From Centroscyllium fabricii (lineage: Eukaryota), in contig JBNRSN020000029.1 of assembly GCA_051313645.2 (NCBI GenBank), positions 46,562,001 through 46,626,000 of the forward strand: DNA of 64,000 bases, given 5' to 3'. Both the position numbers and the translations under genes were made by a program. This document shows positions 60,292 to 64,000 of this stretch, piece by piece. Every line of letters begins with the position of its first letter. Positions within the stretch are counted from its first letter, which is position 1. Under the pieces are notes generated by a model. That model had not been told where the DNA came from. It saw nothing but the letters and a program-made list of their open reading frames with translations, and did no database searches.

Positions 60292-60893
60292 ACTCCCACA
60301 TTCACAATAAGGAGCTAAAGACTATTGATGATAAATAGGATTTTGTGCAATGCTGCAGGACGGGCGATAGCGGATCCGCGGCCCAATTAATATTTTCCCC
60401 AAGTGTAATTTCCATTAGTTCAAACACCAGTTTGATTTGAAATCACAAGCTTTCGGAGCGCTGCTCCTTCCTCAGGTTTATGTCATCAGTTGTGTGACTT
60501 TGACAATTGTCCACCCCAGTCCGGCACCTCCACATCAGGGCTACTGTCGACACTTCAAATAGTAGGACCACACCCAGCTGACCAAAGTTGAAGTCTTACT
60601 CAAATAAACAAATATAAACAGAACCTGCGGGAAGTATCCGCTGATTATTTTTTTTGTTTATTGCGGAAACAGCAAACAAACAAAGGAGAATGTTTCGCTT
60701 TTTCGTACCCAGTTTTACCTTACATGTATTTTAATTTACATTCGGATAGATTGGTTTGAAATTAATGAGTGGTTTAAAATAAGTCACGTGATGAACGCCG
60801 GCGTCGCCCCATCCGCCCTTCTTCACCCAGGTCCGCTCACACTATATAAATGGTCAGCGGGCGGGTGTCTGGTGATTTGATGAATGATTGTAA

Positions 60894-61208
<315 letters not shown>

Positions 61209-62635
61209 AGATAGTTTGAGAAATAAATGTGATTTACAAACCAAAGGTTCTTTTAAGAGCCACCAAAATATTTGAAAGGTCTATAACTGGTTATTTACGA
61301 GTAGCGTGAGATACATAATGTATAATATCGTAACATTTGGAATAGCCCATTGTGGGTGGCTTTGAAAAGAGTTTCATTTCTTTAAATTTACTTCCAACTC
61401 CATGGGTTTCCGTTCATTAACGTCAATAGTCAGAAACACCCCAGCTGGTCTGAAACGAGCTTTAACTGGCTCTCTTCCTGCAGTATCAACATCACATCGT
61501 CTCCAGCACCATCAAGGGGTGTAGATTGACACGAGTGTGATGCGATATTATTGTACAAAAGCTTTAACACGACTCATGATCGGAGATGTTTGTCTTTACT
61601 TAATTTGATAATTTCAAATATTTTTTTGAATAAGGACCTCGTGTGAACGCAGAAGGTCCCATTGCAGGTTCCAAAAAGAGCAGGAGTCTTCTGGTGTCCT
61701 GGCAAACTCGATTCTACAAACAGCATTTTCAAAAACAGATTAACTGCTTCATTATCTCATTGTCGGCCGTGAGAGCTTTGACGTGACGTTAGCTGCTGTG
61801 TTTCCAAGATTGCATTTCAGAATTGGCACTTTGGGACATCCTGAGAAAGTGAAAGGTGTGTGTATAACAAATTGCATTTACATGAACAAAAGCAAAATAC
61901 TGCGGATGCTGGAAATCTGAAATGAAAACAGAAAATGCATCTGGAGAGAAACAGAGCTAACGTTTCAGGTCGGTGATCCTTCGTAAGAACTGGAAAGAGT
62001 TGGAGATGAAACACGATTTTAAGCAAGTGTGGGGCAGGAAAGGAGGGAAGAAAAAAAGGGAATGTTTGTGATGTACTGGAAGGCAAGAGAGATTACATCA
62101 GATGACAGGCACTTGCAAGTTATACAGGAATGCGAGAGCACTGCTGCCATCTCGCGATTGTAGCAGAAACATTAATTGACTGATTTGCCAAACGCAGCGA
62201 AAAAAGCAAATTAATATTTCCTATACGGAAACGGACAAGATTGGACAATTATTGCGGTCGATCCGGCTGCTGTTTGGACTCCTGTGAAGCGTCTTGGGTG
62301 AATTTATATACGTCAAAGGCGCTAAATAAAGAAGTTGTTGTTGTCCCTCAATCTCAGCTCTTTTCTCTGCCAATTAACCATCCAGTCTACACCATCCAGG
62401 GAGATTGTTGCCGTGTGTGCACCGCCCTCCAGAAATAAATAAGCGAAATCTAAACTTCTCAGTCATCCTTTTAGCAGCGGAAAAAGTAAATTGCAGGGCT
62501 CAGGGGGAGAGAGAGCACCAAGGGGGAGAGTGTGGGACTCAAATTGGATCCCACTTTCCCAAGACTAAAAGAAAAGCTGGTCGATGATTCCATAAATTGA
62601 TTGGTTAATTTCAGCCTTTTTTTGCAGATAGTTGT

Positions 62636-62651
62636 GGCTCTGAAAAGAGCC
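62636..62651 (-). terminator. Histone stem-loop of Arg-rich H1
   Basis: Reverse complement is GGCTCTTTTCAGAGCC. Confidence 0.95.
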
Positions 62652-62702
62652 TTTTGTGTTTGGAGTTTTGAGCTGATTTCGCCACCACTCCCAAATAAAA
62701 GT

Positions 62703-63224
62703 TTATTTCCTGGTCTTTTTGGGTTTAGGTTTGGTTTTCCTGTGAGAGGCTTTGAGCGCAGTCCGCTTCTTGGGGGGGTTCTTGGTCGGGCATTTCCTCT
62801 TGTTGGTCTCCTTCTTGGCCTTGCCCCCGGCCCGGGGTTTCGGCACCGTCGCTGTGGTGGCGGTGGTCTTCCTCCTCCTCGTCTGCTGCGGCTTCTCCGG
62901 CCTCTGCCGCTTGCTGAGCTTCAGGTAGCCGGCGGTGGCGGCGCCCCGGCCCTTGGTCTCCACCAGCGAGCCGTTGCGCACCAGCCTCCGCACGGCCATC
63001 CGCAGGCAGGTCTTGTTCTTCGACACGTCGTAGCCGTTGGCCAACACCGCCTCCCGCAGCGAGGCCAGCGATAGGCCGCCGCGCTGCTTGCGGGCCGACA
63101 GCGCCTGCAGGATCAGCTGGTTGATGAGCTCGTCTTTCTTGCGTTGGCTCCGGTCAGGCCGGCGCTTACGTGGCTTCTTCCGCCTCCTCCGTTGCTGTGC
63201 ATGGGTGGCGGCTCTGGGCACCAT
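62703..63224 (-). CDS. H1: Arginine-rich linker histone H1 variant, 173 aa
   Basis: LILQALSARKQRGGLSLASL..GYDVSKNK..LVRNGSLVETKGRG winged-helix domain. Stem-loop on the minus strand at 62636-62651. Confidence 0.92.
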   Translation of the reverse strand: MVPRAATHAQQRRRRKKPRKRRPDRSQRKKDELINQLILQALSARKQRGGLSLASLREAVLANGYDVSKNKTCLRMAVRRLVRNGSLVETKGRGAATAGYLKLSKRQRPEKPQQTRRRKTTATTATVPKPRAGGKAKKETNKRKCPTKNPPKKRTALKASHRKTKPKPKKTRK

Positions 63225-63677
63225 CTGGACAGGAGCTTCCCACCCTCAGCGCCGCCCGTCGCAGCTGCGGGAGAAGCCGCCGCCGGCGCTCCAATTTAAA
63301 GACGCAAGGCGGACGCCCGAGAGGCAATGGGGTCGTCACCTCCACCCCCGCCAATCAGCTGCTGCGCCTCTGTTGCCACATTCCACACCCTGCCCTCGAC
63401 GCGCTGGAAGCAACCCCCTGCCATGATGTCATCCCCTCCCGCGTCCGCCAATCAGCTGCTGCGCTCCTCTTGCAACATTCCACACCACTCCCCCCTCCCA
63501 CTCGAACACATGTTGCTGTGTGGGTTTCAGGATTATTTTCCCGTTTCCAGCCCCCCCCCCCCCCCCCGAAATTGACCGGCTGGAAGGGGGTTAACGCCGA
63601 ACGAATCCGGTACCCTTAACTGTCTCCGAAGGAACCGCTCGCTTCCTCCGCGACACCCTGGTCCACTCATATGTACA

Positions 63678-63990
63678 TAGATGATAGGAGCAGGAGTAGG
63701 CCATTCGGCCCCTCGAGCCTGCTCCGCCATTCAATGAGATCATGGCTGATCATCCAAATGCAGTACCCTGCCCCTGCCTTCTCCCCGTATCCCTTGATCC
63801 CTTCAGACTTAAGAAATATACCTAACTCCTTCTTGAATATATTTAATGAATTGGCCTCTACTACCTTCTGTGGTAGAGAATTCCACAGGTTCACCACTCT
63901 CTGGGTGAAGAAATTCCTCCTCATCTCAGTCCTAAATGGTTTACCCCTTATTCTTAGACTGTGACCCCTGATTCTGGACTCCCCAGCATC
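63678..63990 (-). mobile_element. CR1 3' fragment (similar fragments at ~39490-39750, ~40120-40400, ~51830-52170, ~58985-59430)
   Basis: MRRNFFTQRVVNLWNSLP plus CR1 tail. Confidence 0.85.
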
Positions 63991-64000
63991 TAGCCTGTCT

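Overview
Eukaryotic, most likely elasmobranch (shark/ray) DNA, judged from HER1/CR1-type LINE tails and shark-type SINEs. It is a replication-dependent (stem-loop) histone locus in which every histone is a divergent variant. 1-37.6 kb is a tandem array of a ~12.08-kb unit (about 3 copies plus a diverged, deleted edge copy). Each unit holds variant H2A, variant H2B, a third histone-type transcription unit with a perfect 3' stem-loop but no ORF, and decayed endogenous retrovirus pieces (RNase H, fusion-protein-like env, PPT, LTR, plus a second env paralogue) with nested CR1, L2, SINE and solo-LTR insertions. 37.6-56 kb has orphan histone-type promoters, a CR1, a young full-length Gypsy element lacking a tRNA PBS, two VARS1 exons and a Rex1/Babar-like LINE. 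After a 200-N gap come a partial variant H2B, two very divergent H1s and a variant H4. No H3 is visible. The best candidates for novelty are the ORF-less histone-type mini-genes, the all-variant histone set, the self-complementary Gypsy PBS and the lokiretrovirus-like ERV. All alignments and translations outside the ORF track were done by eye.
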